From the human T2T-CHM13v2.0 reference genome, Homo sapiens, in NCBI RefSeq assembly GCF_009914755.1, contig NC_060927.1: 64,000 bases of DNA; one strand, 5' to 3'. Below are positions 27,827-47,559 of this stretch, in pieces. Below the pieces are notes generated by a model. It made no database searches. It saw nothing but the letters and a program-made list of their open reading frames with translations, and was not told the DNA's origin. The position numbers and the translations under genes are program-made. How positions within the stretch are numbered: position 1 is the first letter of the stretch; each line of letters starts with the position of its first letter.

Positions 27827-28111
27827 CAATTGACTTTTGAACAACATGGGTTTGTACTGTCCTGGTTCACTTATACATGGATTTTTTTTTCAATAAATAC
27901 AGTCAGCTCTCTGTATCCTTGGGTTTCATATCTGCAATCAAATGCGGCTCAAAAATACAGTAATTGCAGAATGTGAGACCTGCAGATACAGGGGGCTGAC
28001 CTCATGTATGTGGATTCTGCAGGGTTGACTTCAGGACTGGAGTATGTGAAGATTCTGGTATATCTGCAAGGATCCTGGAACCAATCCCCTGCCAACACCA
28101 AGGGATGAATG
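27827..28111. mobile_element. TcMar-Tigger MITE (Tigger2/MER2 family)
   Basis: TA-flanked; CAATTGACTTTTGAACAACATGGG start and CCTGGAACCAATCCCC...GGGATGAATG end. Confidence 0.8.
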
Positions 28112-28174
28112 TACATAGATATTTTTATTTATCTGTCTATCCGTCTAACTGTTATTTCCTACCTATCCCAATTC

Positions 28175-28490
28175 CAGGGGCCATCCTTCACATCGCAGTT
28201 AAATTTGCAACCCCTGGAGCTGTATAGTACAGCTCATACAACTGTACACAGCAGCCCTGATCACTATTATCTGTCGTTCATTGAACATGTACTATATTGC
28301 AGACACTGTGCCAAGCACTTTCCACAGATAATCCCAGGAATTTTCATAACAACCTTTTCAAGTTTTGCTGTGTGTCTTTTACATGGAAGGAACTGAGGTC
28401 CAGAAACTACCTTGAGGAAGTTTATCAGGGGAAAAGTAGAGTCTACAATCAGCAAGTATTATTAACAAGCATGTCCTACCTGTGACCCTT
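28175..28490. mobile_element. MER91-like fragment followed by MIR (-)
   Basis: CAGGGGCCATCC...TACAACTGTACACAGCAGCCCTG; GGAACTGAGGTCCAGAAA. Confidence 0.5.
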
Positions 28491-28601
28491 AATGAAGGGA
28501 TACTTCTTCCTAGGGGGGCGTATCAGACCCTCCTCTCGATGGGTGGGATATGTAGTGAACAGGGAGGTTGTAAGAGCATCATCAATATTGTAGTTTAATA
28601 G

Positions 28602-28906
<305 letters not shown>

Positions 28907-29507
28907 AATAGTTGGAAATTTTAAAACAACTTACAATTTTTATAATATAATTGAGGGAAAGTAAAGGTTGTCAAATCTTGCAATGTAGTGATATATAGAA
29001 GAGGAGTCTATATTCAGAGTTACAGTGATTTAATGGAGGAAGAGGGAAGAGGTGAGCCCCTCCCTGCAAGGGGTATATTTCAGAAACGCTGAAGGTTGGT
29101 GTGAGATATTTAGGCTTATCCCAAAAAAAGCATGGGTTGCAAAAGGCTAAGAAAGTTCCAGCTACACTGATCAAATGAACTCAATTATAACCCAGTTTCT
29201 ATTACTTTAAAGTTATGTTGACCCAGCAAAAGCTAGAAGTTGTATTTTTATTCCATTTTCCATTATATGAATTCAATTCACTCAGCAATGACTTAGTTTT
29301 TCATTTCCCTCTGTGAAGTTCTGGCTGGATTAAGCTGGGCATTGCATGGGATATATACATTCCCTGCTATGGATGTGAAAATCAGGCCTTAAAACTAGAA
29401 GATTCATGGTCCTACAAGCAAAACCAGCACTGCAAGGCCAAAGAAAGATTAGAAAAGGGGTATTTGGGCTGAAAACAGCTTACCTGAGGATGCAGGGGGA
29501 CGGAGCG

Positions 29508-29554
29508 GGAGAGAGAGGAGAGAGAGATAGAGAGAGAGAGAAAGAGAGAGAGAG
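29508..29554. repeat. (GA)n-rich microsatellite
   Basis: Direct inspection. Confidence 0.9.
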
Positions 29555-30156
29555 ACTGAGCAGCCTGACCTCCAGTGTATTCTATCACGTTGTTTTCCAA
29601 TAGACTGGAGCCCTCCTCATCACACTAGCATTGACCAACAAACTGAATGCTTATTGTATTGTGTTTTTAATGAACAGTGTTACTTGGCAGATGTTTTTAA
29701 ACTATGGCCTGACACAAATATGAGATGCAAGAATGTTTGTTTTAGATCTCTCAAATAGTCTTCACTTTCTTTTAAGAGAGTATAAAATCAGAGTACTCTG
29801 ACCTTTGGCCTGGAGGTTGGTGTGTGACACCCACAAGTTCAGTCAGAGACCTCTCCTAAAATTTGTTGAAACTTGACATCTTTTTATTCTGATCAAGGGA
29901 CCTTGATATAAGAATTGGGGCTGCTGGTTACTACAAACTCCACTTTGTGAAGAAGCACTGTGACAAAAAATAGAATGAAGCCAACATTCAGCGTTTGAGT
30001 GTCCTAAGTTCAAATGTTTGTACTGCCTCTTCCTGTGTGACCCTAGGGTAGTTACATAACTTCTATGAATTTTAGTTTCTTCATCTAAAAATAGGAATAC
30101 CAAGATGAAAGTTAAGTTATATTATGTATTAAAAGTACCACTTCTAGATTCCTGGG

Positions 30157-30166
30157 CAAGATGGCC
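30157..30166 (+). promoter_or_regulatory. YY1 motif of the L1 internal promoter
   Basis: CAAGATGGCC at the canonical 5' position. Confidence 0.75.
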
Positions 30167-31487
30167 GAATAGGAACAGCTCCGGATGGTGGCTCCCAGTG
30201 AGACCAATGCAGAAGACGGGTGATTTCTGCATCTCCAACTGAGATACCCAGTTCATCTCACTGGGACTGGTTAGACAGTGGGTGCAGCCCACGGAGGGTG
30301 AGCAGAAGCAGGGCAGGGCATCTACTCACCCAGGAAGTGCAAGGGGTTGGGGAACTCCCTCCCCTAGACAAGGGAAGCCATGAGGGACCATGCCATGAGG
30401 AATGGTGCATTCTGGCCCAGACACTACGCTTTTCTCACGGTCTTTGCAACCCACAGACCAGGAGATTCCCTTGCGTGCCTACGCCACCAGGGCCCTGGGT
30501 TTCAAGCACAAAACTGGGCGGCCATTTGTACGACACTGAGCTAGCCACAGAAGTTTTTTTTTCACACTGCAGTGGTGCCTAGAATGCCAGCAAGACAGAA
30601 CCGTTCACCCCGCTGGAAAGAGGGCTGAAGCCAGGAGCCAAGAGGTCTTGCTCAGGGGATCCCACCCCCATGGAGCCCAGCAAGCTAAGATCCACTAGCT
30701 TGAAATTCTCACTGTCAGCACAGCAGTCTGAAGTCAACCTGGGACACTTGAGCTTGGTTGGGGGAGGGGTGTCCACCATTGCTGACACTTCAGTAGACGG
30801 TTTTCCCCTCAAAGTATAAACAAAGCTGCCAGGAAATTTGGACTGGGTGGAGCCCACTGCAGCCTCACAAAGCCACTGTAGTCAGACTGCCACTCTAGAT
30901 TCCTCCTCTCTGGGTATGGCATCTCTGAAAGAAAGACAGCAGCCCCAGTCAGGGGCTTATAGATAAAACTCCCATCTCCCTGGGACAGAGCACCTGGGGG
31001 AAGGGGCGGCTGTAAGCACAGCTTCAGCAGACTTAAACATTCCTGCCTGCCAGCTCTGAAGACAGCAGTGGATCTCCCAGCACAGTGCTCAAGCTCTGCT
31101 AAGTGACAGACTGCCTCCTCAAGTGGGTCCCCAACCACCATGCCTCCTGATGGGGAGACACCTTCCAGCAAGGGCCAACAGGTACCTCATACAGGAGAGC
31201 TCTGGCTGGCATTCTGGTGGGTGCCCCTCTGGGAGGAAGCTTCCAGAGGAAGGAGCAGGCAGCAATCTTTGCTCTTCTGCAGCCTCTGCTGGTGATACCT
31301 AGGCAAACAGGGTCTGGAGTGGACCCCCAGCAAACTCCAGCAGCCCTGTAGAAGAGGGGCCTGACTGTTAGAAGAAAACTAACAAACAGAAAGCAATAGC
31401 ATCAACATCAACAAAAAGGACAACCACACAAAAACTCCATCTGAAGGTCACCAATAGCAACAACAAAATGTTGATAAATCCACAAAG

Positions 31488-32509
31488 ATGAGAAAAAACC
31501 AGTGCAAAAAGGATGAAAATTCCAAAAACTAAAATGCCTCTTCTCCTCCAAAGTATCACAACTCCTCACCACCAAGGGAACAAAACTGGATGGAGAATGA
31601 GTTTGACAAATTGACAGAAGTAGGCTTCAGAAAGTGGGTAATAACAAACTCCTCTGAGCTAAAGGAGCATGTTCTAACCCAATGCAAGGAAGCTAAGAAC
31701 CTTGATAAAAGGTTAGAGGAATTGCTAACTAGAATAAACTGTTTAGAGAAGAATATAAATGACCTGATGGAGCTGAAAAACACAGCACGAGAACTTCATG
31801 GAGCATACACAAGTATCAATAGCTGGATCAATCAAGTGGAAAAAAGGATATCGGAGATTGAAGATCGACTTAATGAAATAAAGCATGAAGACAAGATTAG
31901 AGAAAAAAGAATGAAAAGGAATGAACAGAGCCTCCAAGAAATATGGGACTATGTGAAAAGACCAAACCTACATTTGATTGGTATACATGAAAGTGACAGA
32001 GAGAATGGAACCAAGCTGGAAAACACATTTCAGAATATTGTCCAGGAGAACTTCAACCTAGCAAGACAAGCCAACGTTCAAATTCAGGAAATACGGAGAA
32101 CACCACAAAGATACTCCTCAAGAAGAGCAATCCTAACACATATAATCATCAGATTCACGAAGGTTGAAATGAAGGAAAAAATGTTAAGGGCAGCCAGAGA
32201 GAAGGTCGTGTTACCCACAAAGGGAAGCCCATCAGACTAACAGCAGATCTCTCAACAGAAACCCTACAAGCCAGAAGAGAGTGGGGGCCAATATTCAACA
32301 TTCTTAAAGAAAAGAATTTTCAACTCAGAATTTCATACCCAGCCAAACTAAGCTCCATAAGTGAAGGAGAAGTAAAATCCTTTACAGGCAAGCAAATGCT
32401 GAGAGATTTTGTCATCACCAGGCCTGCTTTACAAGAGCTCCTGAAGGAAACACTAAATATGGAAAGGAAAAACTGGTACCAGCCACTGCAAAAACAAATC
32501 AAAATGTAA
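31488..32509 (+). pseudogene. L1 ORF1p (disrupted)
   Basis: ATG at 31488 with TAA at codon 15; track ORF 31590-32240 gives coiled-coil/RRM sequence (LQEIWDYVKRPNL, HIIIRFTKVEMKEKMLRAAREK) before a frameshift. Confidence 0.92.
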
Positions 32510-32572
32510 AGATCATTGACACTACGAAGAAATTGCATCAACTAATGGGCAAAATAACCAGCTAGCATCATA

Positions 32573-36733
<4,161 letters not shown>

Positions 36734-37145
36734 ACAATGAGAACACATGGGCACAGGGAAGGGAACATCGCACACTGGGGCCTATTGGGGTGTGGGGGAC
36801 AAGGGGAAAGATAGCATTAGGAGAAACACCTAATGTAGATGCAGGGTTGATGGGTGCAGCAAACCACCATGGCACATGTATACCTGTGCAACAAACCTAC
36901 ACACTCTGTACATTTATCCCAGAACTTAAAGAATTAAAAAAAAAAAAGTACCACTTTGAGTGCCTGACACATCATAAATGCTAAAAATAAAAGTAGAGGC
37001 TAAATAAGACTCCTGCTGTATTTATCTCTACATATTTTGAATAACTGCCTTGCTCTGTGTTCTGCCTTGTTTTATTTATGTAGTTCTTGGCAAGGCTAAT
37101 CCACAGTACTCATAATAGCTTATATAATAGCTCAGCTTTGCTGTA

Positions 37146-37525
37146 CCACAATGGACTGAAACTTGTTGCCCCCAAATTCATATGTTGAAGCCCTAGCCCT
37201 CAGTGTGATGGTATTTGGAGATAGTGCCTTTGGGAGATAATTAGATTTAGATGACATCATAAGGATGGGTACTTCATGATGAGATTAGTGCCCTTATAAA
37301 AAGATACCCTAAAGAGCTTCCCCATTTCCCACCCCTTCCCATTATATGAGGATACAATGAGAAGGCTGCCATCTGCATGTCAGGAAGAGCACCTTCCCTG
37401 GGAAACCAGGTCAGCCAACACCTTGATCTTGAACTTTCCAGCTTCCAGAACTGTAATAAATAAATTCCTGTTGTTTAACCCACTCAGTCTATGGTATTTT
37501 TTTTACGACAGCCTGAGCTAAGACA
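37146..37525 (+). mobile_element. MLT1A-type MaLR solo LTR
   Basis: CCCCAAATTCATATGTTGAAGCCCTA...GCCTGAGCTAAGACA. Confidence 0.88.
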
Positions 37526-38011
37526 AGCACATAATGTTTCGTTTATAGTAAATACAGCAAATAAAGTTTATACTTGTTGGGATATACTTGGTAGGAAGAT
37601 AGTGGAATGTCAGTAGTCTTAGTTAGCCATGGTCTGCAATTTCAGCTCTCTAGAAAAAGTAAGCAGGGGAAATAAAATCAATTTTTTTTAAAAAAAGAAA
37701 AGCAAAAGGAAATAGGAACGACAGCGGATGCGAATGTTGTTTTCCAGCATCTGGGTCTATCTTCTATGTTTCTGGGAAATTGTGGCTGCTGAATTTTCGC
37801 TACAACTCACGTCTGGGTTTAGAAATTTTTTATAGAGGTAAATTAATCTTTTTTTAAGCTACAGCTATGCAATACAATTCCTAAGCTTAAAAAACAGGTG
37901 CTGTATTGCATTCATTCAGTGATATTTATTGAGGGCTTTCTGCATGTCAGGTACTCTTAAAGTAGCTAGAGATACAGCAGTGATCAAATAGACAAACATC
38001 CCTACCATTTT

Positions 38012-39240
38012 TTAAGTCTCTCTTTTTTTTATTGAGGTAAAATTTACATAATATAAAATTAGTCATTTAAAAGTGAATAATTCAGTGGCATTTAGTACAT
38101 TAACAATGTTGTACAACCACCACCTCTATCTAGTTCCAAAGCATTTTCATACTCCAAAATGAAAGCATGTGCCTGGGAATCAGTCACCCTCTACTCCCCA
38201 AATCTGACCCCTGGTAACCACAATTTATGTTCTATCTCTATAGGTTTTTCCTATAAATGGGATAATATGTGACCTTTTGTGTCTGGCCTTTTTCACGTAG
38301 CAGAATCTTTTCACGGTTCATCTACATTGTGGCATGTATCAATACTTTATTCTTTTTTAAGGCTGAATAATGTTCTGTTGTATGGATATACGACAGTTTG
38401 CTTATCCATACATCTGTTGATGGACATGTGGGTTGTTTCCACCTTTTGGCTATTGTGGATAGTGCTGCTATGAACATGCGTGTACATGTACTTCTTTGAG
38501 TACCTTTTTCAATTCTTGTGGGTATATACCTAACAATAGAATTGCTGGATCACATGGTAATTCTATATTTGACATTTTGAAGAAATGTCAAATTGTTTTC
38601 TATGGTGTCTGGCACTACTTTACATTCATACCAAAAATGTATGTGAGTTTCAATTTCTCCACATTCTCACCAATACTTTTATTTTCTATTTTTTGATTGT
38701 AGCCATCATAGTAGGTGTGAAGTAGCTGTCACTGTGTATCTGATTTACATTTTGCTTATGCTTAGTGATACAAAATGTCTTTTCATGTACTTGTTGTCCA
38801 TTTCTTGGTTGGATATATCTTCTTTGGAGAAATGTCTATTCAAGGCATTCGTGTACTTTTAAATTGGTTTGTTGTTTATTGTTGAGTTGTAAGAACTCTT
38901 TATATACTCTCCATGCTAGATCCTTATCAGATATATGATTTACTAATATTCTATTGTATTTTATAGGCTATCTTCTCACTTTCTTGGTAATGGCCTTTGA
39001 AATTACAAAAATGTTTTTATTTTGGTGAAGTCTAGTTTATTTATTTTCTATTTTGTTGCTGTATCTTATCTAAGAACCTAAGGCCAAATCCAAGGTCACG
39101 AAGATTTAGTCCTATGCTTTTTTCTAAGAGTGTTTTGGTTTTAGCTTTCATATTTAGGTCATTGATACATTTAATGTTAATTTTTGTACGTTGTATGAGG
39201 TTGGAGTCCAGCTTTATTCTTTTACATGCAGATATTCAGT
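38012..39240 (-). mobile_element. Truncated L1MB-type element inserted in an L2
   Basis: TTTTATTGAGGTAAAATTTACATA 3' end; exact 14-bp TSD ATCCCTACCATTTT (37998-38011, 39241-39254). Confidence 0.9.
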
Positions 39241-39289
39241 ATCCCTACCATTTTGGAGAAAAATTGTAATATAGTGAAGATAATAAAAA

Positions 39290-39615
39290 GTCAGTTGACA
39301 TTGTCACAGCCAAGAGGAGCCTAAGAATACATAAGAACTAAATGTAATATGGTACCTTGGATGAGATCCTGGAACAGAGAAAGGATGCTAGGTAAAAACT
39401 AAGGAAGTTTAAATAAAGTATAGACTTTAGTTTATAATAATTTATCAATCTTGATTAATTAATTGTGACAAATGTACCACACTAAGGTAAGATATTAATA
39501 ACAGGGGAAACTGGTTATATATTGGTTCCCATAGAGTATATGGAAACTCTCTGTGCTAGCCTGACAATTTTTTGTAAGTCTAAAAATATTTCAAACTTAA
39601 AAGGTTATCTTAAAG
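39290..39615 (+). mobile_element. L1MC-type 3'UTR fragment
   Basis: CAGCCAAGAGGAGCCTAAG...GATCCTGGAACAGAGAAAGG...GTGACAAATGTACCAC. Confidence 0.75.
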
Positions 39616-39639
39616 GTAAACCAAAAGCATTAAAAAATG

Positions 39640-41900
39640 CCAGTATCTAGGAAGAAACCGAATGAAACATGTTCAAGATGTCCACATCGAAAACCGTTAA
39701 GCATGCTGAGTGAAATTGAAAAAGACTTAGATAAATAATGAGACATACTATGTTCATGGATTGGTAGACTGATTATTGTTTAGATGTTAGTTGTATCAAA
39801 TTTGTTTACAGATTTAGTTCTATCCTAGTCAAAATATCAGGAAATGTTTATGTAGAAATTAACAAGTTTATTTTATAATTTATACAGAAACACAAATGAC
39901 CAAGAATAGCCAAAACAATTTTCAAAAAGAACAAAGTTGGGAGACTTACATTACCTAATTTTCAGGCTTATTATAAAGCTCACATCATGACAATGTGGTC
40001 TTGAAATAGAAATGACATATAGATCAATGGAACAGAAGAAAATTCAGAAATAGACCCACATACCCACAATTGATTTTTTGAAAAGGTTTTAAAGTAATTA
40101 AATTGAGAAAGTAAAGTTTTTTTCTTATAATAACTGATGTGGGAACAGCTGGACATTCATATTAAAAATTAATTTTGATGTTTTCTTCATGCCATAAACC
40201 AAAATTAATTCAAAATGGATTTTAGGTCTAAATATAAAAGCCAAAACTATAATATTTGTAGATTAAAAGATTTCTTTTTAACTTTAGAGTAGGCAAAGAT
40301 TTCTTAGATTAAAATAAAGGAAAAAAATAAATTAGACTTTATCAAAATGAAAACTTTCTACTCTTCAAAGGACACCTTTAGGAAAATCAAAAGGCAAGCC
40401 ACAGACTGGAGGAAAATATTCTTAATACACGACTCTGACAGGGGACTTGTATCTGGAATATATGATTCAGAATATATAAAGAACTCCCAAACTCAATAAT
40501 AAGTGACAAACAATTCAATTAAAAAAAACAGGCAAAAGGCTTGAAAAGGCACTTTATGAAAGAAGATATAAAGTTAATAAACCCATGAAAACATACCCAA
40601 CATCACTAGCCTTCTGGAAAATGCACACTGAACCACAACAAGATGCCATTTCACAGTACTAGAATGGCTAGAGCTAAAATGACTAATAATAGCAAGTGTT
40701 GGCAAGGATGCAACTGGGACCCCCCCCCATACATTGCAACTATGTGTGTAAAACAGTACAGCTTTTTTTCTTTTTAAACATTTTGGCAGTTTTTTATAAA
40801 GTTCAACATGCATTTACCATATGACACTGCAATTTCACTCCTAGGCATTTAACAAAGAGAAATGAAAACATATACCCACTAAAAGACTAATGTCAACAAC
40901 AGCTTTGTTCATAATAGGCAACAAGTGAGAACAACCCTTATGCCTATCAATAGCAGAATGGAGAAACACATTGTGGTATACAGTTGATCCTTGAGCAACA
41001 TAGGCTTAAACTGCATGGGTCCACTTCCATGCACATTTCTTCAATACATATACTGGAAAATTTTTTGGAGATTTGCAACAATTTGAAAAAACTCACAGAC
41101 AAACCACGTAGCCTAGAAATGTTGCAAAAATTAAGAAAAGGTATGTCCTGAATGCATAAAATATATGTCGATACTAGTGTATTTGTAAGTTAATTGACTG
41201 TTTACGATATTGGTAAGGTTTCTTCTGGCCAACCGCAGGCTATTAGTAGTGAAGTTTTAAGGAAATCAAAAGTTATGCCTGCATTTTTTACTGTGATGGG
41301 GGTGGTGCCCCTGACTCCTGTGTTGGTCAAGGGCTACCTGTATTCAAATGGTTGATACCATTTCATAGGAGCATTGTTTGCAATAGTGAAACTAAAGATA
41401 ATCCAAATATCCATAAACAGGAAAATGGATAAACTGAAATATTCACATAATGGAAGACCATGAAAACTGAACATTAATGAATTCGAACTTCATGCACAAA
41501 AATATTAAGTGAAAGAAACAAAACTTAGAAGAACTCATGCAGTATGATAGTAAAGTGACATAAATTGTTTAGAAATTCTTATACACATAGGAAAAGTATG
41601 AGGAAGAAAAAGAGAATGGTGAACCCAAAATTCAGAATAGTAGTTTCCTTTCATAAGAGCTCCATGAGTTCGGGGCTTCTTGTCTGTTTTATTTTTAATG
41701 TTACTGTTTTCCAGTTCCTAGAACATTACTTGATATATAATAGTCACTCAAATAAACATTTTTGAAGAAATAAATAAGAGGAGAGGGGGATTGATATGGG
41801 CAGCTGCAGAAGGACTGGAAAAGTTTTATTACTTAAGCTGGATGATGGGTACACAGGGTGTATATAACAATATTCTGTATATTACATGGATGTGAGTATA
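39640..41900 (+). mobile_element. Old L1M ORF2 3' region plus 3'UTR, interrupted by a Tigger MITE
   Basis: TGTTCATGGATTGG, AGAATAGCCAAAACAAT, GATCAATGGAACAGA and GCAATTTCACTCCTAGG motifs. Confidence 0.8.
40981..41340 (+). mobile_element. Tigger2-family MITE
   Basis: TA|CAGTTGATCCTTGAGCAAC...TTGGTCAAGGGCTACCTG|TA terminal inverted repeats with TA TSD. Confidence 0.88.
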
Positions 41901-41928
41901 TAGACTTTTACATTATTAAATGTTATAA

Positions 41929-42217
41929 TTTTTTTTTTGAAGACCAGGTCTTTGACACCCAGGCTGGAGTGCAGTGGTGCAATTCCAGCTCACTGCAGGC
42001 TTGACCTCCCTGGGCTCAGGTGATCCTCCCACCTCAGCCTCCTGAGTAGCTGGGCCTACAGGTGTACTCCACCACACCTGGCTAATGTTTTGTATCTTTT
42101 TGCAGAGACAAGGTTTCACCATGTTGCCCAGGTTGGTCTCAAACTCCTGGCTCAAGCGACCCTCCAATCTCACCCCCAAAGTGCTAGGATTACATGCATG
42201 ACCCACTGTATCCAGCC
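41929..42217 (-). mobile_element. AluJ
   Basis: Dimer; TSD AAATGTTATAATTTT/AAATGTAATAAATTTT. Confidence 0.9.
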
Positions 42218-43510
42218 ATAAAATGTAATAAATTTTAAAATTAAAAAATACATTGTTAAACTTTCATATTGAAAATATTATCAAAGTGAGGAAAAAAACA
42301 GACATCCTCACTCCATCCCTCAGACCCAACTTCCTGTTGCCTCTGCCTTGGGTCTTACATTTGCCCTCAAAGGAAGAGGGTAGGATCAATGGGTACAGGG
42401 TGGGTGAGTCACAAAATGAGCCTCAGAGAGTTTGGTTATTCTCATATTTTAGGTAAAAAGTAGATTGAAAAAAGCATTTTACATTACAATTTTACATCAA
42501 AATGACCATGTTGCTGTGTCCCGCCTTGTCCTGCGTAAGAGCTAAAGAGAGAAAAAGAAACAGACAGGTAGGTCCATTTGGGGTGGACTTGAGGTCATGG
42601 GTAGCTTTTAAGATAGAGAAGCATTTAATTCTATTTCTTTCCTTTCTTTAGCTCTAGACATAATGTTTACAATATATGTATGTCTCTTTCAAATGAGTCA
42701 GTAAAGAAATGCCAGTACCAAGATGTCTCGAAAATATAATTTTAGAAAAAGGGGAAAAATGGCCCAATCTAATCACATGACAGCCTGCCAAAAACACCAT
42801 TTCCCTAGCACCATGAGGATCAACTGAGATCATTCCTATTTTTTAGTTTCTTTTACACATTTTTTTTGTCTTTCAAAAATAAGCCATGTGTTTAAACAAC
42901 TTGGAAGGTGAATGTTCTTATTAGTTTGACTGTTTCCACAGAGTATTTTAGTTCATTCCAGCAAGTTCTGGCTGAATGCCTATGATGTGCCTAACACCTT
43001 AAGGAAGCGTGGACAGCGGTAGGTTCTAGTTCAAAAGCAGCTCAAATACAGAAACCTCCACCGCAACCTACTTCATGAGTTAAGGAGCTGGGTAATTTCA
43101 CTCACTGCCGTATTATGGAAAAGTCTACTTTGGTATTGTTGAATGTCATATGTGAGGTATGGAGTTTAATGCAAAGGACTAGGAATTGCATATTTTTTGA
43201 TATGGAAAGAGAAGGAAAAAAAAACATGCAAACTAAGCCTTCAGTGCTGATAAATGCAAAGACTTACTGCTCACTCTGAGAAGCATATCCTTATGGCTGA
43301 AGTTCACCAGGGGAGGTGCTGGGAGTCAATGCCTAAGCAATACTCTAATCCCACTCTGGTGCAACCTGTTCCTGAACTTGGATAAGTCTAGGTTTGGTTT
43401 TCACATATGTACCATAAAACAAGCATCCTTAAGGTTTCACCTAGCTCTCATATAGCCTTTGCTTCTCTTCTACTACTTTTGTATCTTCTATACATACCCA
43501 CAGTTCACAG

Positions 43511-43537
43511 ACACACACACACACACACACATACACA
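43511..43537. repeat. (CA)n microsatellite
   Basis: Direct inspection. Confidence 0.9.
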
Positions 43538-43899
43538 CCCCTCTTAGATGAGTTTCTTCAAATAGTTTTAGCAAACATTTCTAGAGGATCCAGCTGGGGT
43601 CTCAAACATAGAAACTCTGAGAGAATCATTTGCAACATATGTTAATTGAATTACTGAATGAATAACTGAACTCATTCATTCAATATAAATTTATACTATT
43701 TATGAGAACATGGTTAATGTCTCCCAAACTTCAATCATTTACACATCACTATTATGAATTGTGCTATATAATCTGTATAATTTGGAGCATTTTAGTTTTT
43801 CCTTAAAATGTCTCATTTTTACTCAAATGTAGTTTTAAAGCAAATGCTATATTACTCTTTTATAAAAAGAAAACCAATACTAGTCGGGAAATATTTCTT

Positions 43900-45060
43900 T
43901 AGGGAGACACAAAGAACAGTTGACTATAAGAGAAAAGATTGATAAATGTATATAGTAAGAACTTTTATTCATTACGAAAACTTAAAGATACTGAAAGGTA
44001 AATTGCAGACTGCAATAAGATAATCTGCAATATCTAGCTACACACAATCTACAAATAATTAGAATCAAAATATGTTAAAGTGACTAAAAATCAGTAAGAG
44101 TAGCACAAACAAGCCAAAAGAAAAATGGGCACAAAACAGCAGTAGGCATTTCACAGAAGAGATAAACACATGTATGCAACAGATGCATGAAGAAATTTTT
44201 AGTATTATTAGTGACCAGGAAAATACAAATCAAGATTAGATGAGATACCATTTTATAGATACTTGAGGGGCCCAAATGTAAAAAAGGCTGACAATGCCAC
44301 GTATGGGAAAGGATAGAGAACCACAGGATTTCATATTCGCTACTGGTAGGAGTACAAATTGGTGCCATCCCATTGGATTCGAGTTTGGCATTATCCAAAC
44401 CCGTTATCCCCTCTCCATATCCATTATTCATTATTCCTATACTCTCTGACCCAGCAGTTCTACCCCATTGAAAAGCTTACACACGCTCAGGAGAGATGCA
44501 CACAAGTGTTCAGAGCACTGCTGCTCACAATGACAAAAGCCTGTAGACAGCCCAGGTGCTCATCAATTGGCGAGTGGATGCATAAACTGTGGTATATTCA
44601 TAAATGGAATGAAATATGGCAGTCAAACTAAATGACCTGCAGCAACATCAACAATATGGCAATATATTAAGTGAAAAAAGTTCCTAAATATTGTGTAAGC
44701 ATGATACCCTTTTTATAAAGTTTAAAACAACCAAACATAAGGGAAAAAGCTTAGAGATAAATACAGAGGCAATTAAACAATTTAAAAAGAAGGCAAGAGA
44801 ATGGTGAGCATAGCACACAGGGTCAGATAGAGGGAGGCAAAAGGACAGAACAGGTGTGGTATCGGTAGATGAATAATATCCACGACTGTGAAGAGCTTAG
44901 CTTTTCTCTTGCATGGTGAGTTTAGGGGTACTGATTACGGTATAAAATAACTAGCAAAATAAATATAAGTGGGTGATGCAAGGACCAATAATGGCTGTGT
45001 CATAGAACAAGTATTGTAGTTAATCTACTTCTGTGCATCTGAGGTTCTTGAAGAAAACAA
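43900..45060 (+). mobile_element. Old L1M (L1MC/ME-like) 3' fragment
   Basis: GAAAAATGGGCAC, TGAGATACCATTTT, ATAAACTGTGGTATATTCATA motifs. Confidence 0.7.
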
Positions 45061-45189
45061 ACACCACTTTTTATAAAGAGAAAGTATGTATTTCAAAAAG
45101 TAGAACAATTTTAAAAAGCTTTAAAGAGAGCATCTGTGAAATCATTCTCTGTACCACCAGTGCTGTACAAAGTATGGAAATCACTGCCC

Positions 45190-46250
<1,061 letters not shown>

Positions 46251-47559
46251 CTTGGGAGAAAGAATATGCAAATCTTCTTAAGTGACTCATTCCATTTGGC
46301 TAGACATTGGTTCACAGTATCTCAAAGCCTTCACAGATAAACCTGACATCTCTCCAGCCAAGTCTAATTTACACGCTCCAGAAATGGCAGATATCCTATT
46401 CTTGTTTCTAAACACTTGGACTGAATTATTAAAAGACTCCTTACAGCTACCATGTGAGGAACCTTTAAATAAAGGTTTCCCAAATCCGTGAGCTAACATT
46501 ATAAAAGCTGTTTCACTTGATTTTCAAAGTAGTTCCTAGATTCATTACTTCCATAGCAAAAAGTTTAGGAGTATTGCTAACTATTCGTGCCATTGACTTC
46601 CAGAATATAAAATGAGGTCAGAGTTCCTCTGAAATTATTTTTCTTCTTTTTAAAGGCAAAATAATGATGTAAGTATGGCTATATTGCACAGCAGCTAAGT
46701 AATGAAATCTTTTGCTTTGAGTGCAACATAAAACAACTGCATATTTTCCTTTCATATTTTGGGCCATAAACATGTAAAGAAACCAACGTGAATTTCCTAT
46801 AGAATGATTGCCAAAATGAAATTTTCTGATCGTTTGTTCAAAAAAGGGAATGCATGGGCCTATCTCCTGTAAGAGTACTATAAAGTAGCCAGGACTGTGG
46901 TCATTTTTATAGATAATTCCGAGAAACCTTTAAAGCAAGATGGTCAGGGGAGTGATACATCGCCAGGATGCAGGAAATACTGGCCCATTACCTCCAGATC
47001 AGTCCCCGAGGGTTACTGTTCATATTTGGCTTTGGGGACAGGAGTCAATAAAAATTTGTGTTCATAATACTTTATATACTCACATGCAGGCAGAAGGAAG
47101 GCTAAGGGAAGTAGAAATACCTTATTACATAGCACATAATAAGGACCATTAATATCAGCTGCCAATTCTGACACTACCAATGTGTGTGTTTATGTGGACT
47201 GTAGTGTCACGTGGTAGTTACTAGAATGGAGTTTGGTGTTAGAGAGATTGAAGTCAAATTGTAGCTTTGCCACTTAAGCAGCAATGTGATTTTGAACATG
47301 TTATCTAAACTCTCTGACCTTATTTTCTTCAATGGGACAATGTACCTCTTCCTTCAGTTTAATGAGTTAATGCAAGCAAAGACTCCAGACCAATATATCA
47401 TAAGCATTCAATAAACAGAGATAATGTAAGTAAAGGAACATAAATACATTCTAATGATTCTTAGCAGGCTAAAATCTGATATTAGATCTAGGTGCCCAGT
47501 GTAACCAAAACATTGTAAAATACTCCTTACATTTGTGGATGGTTGATTTTTTAACATAG

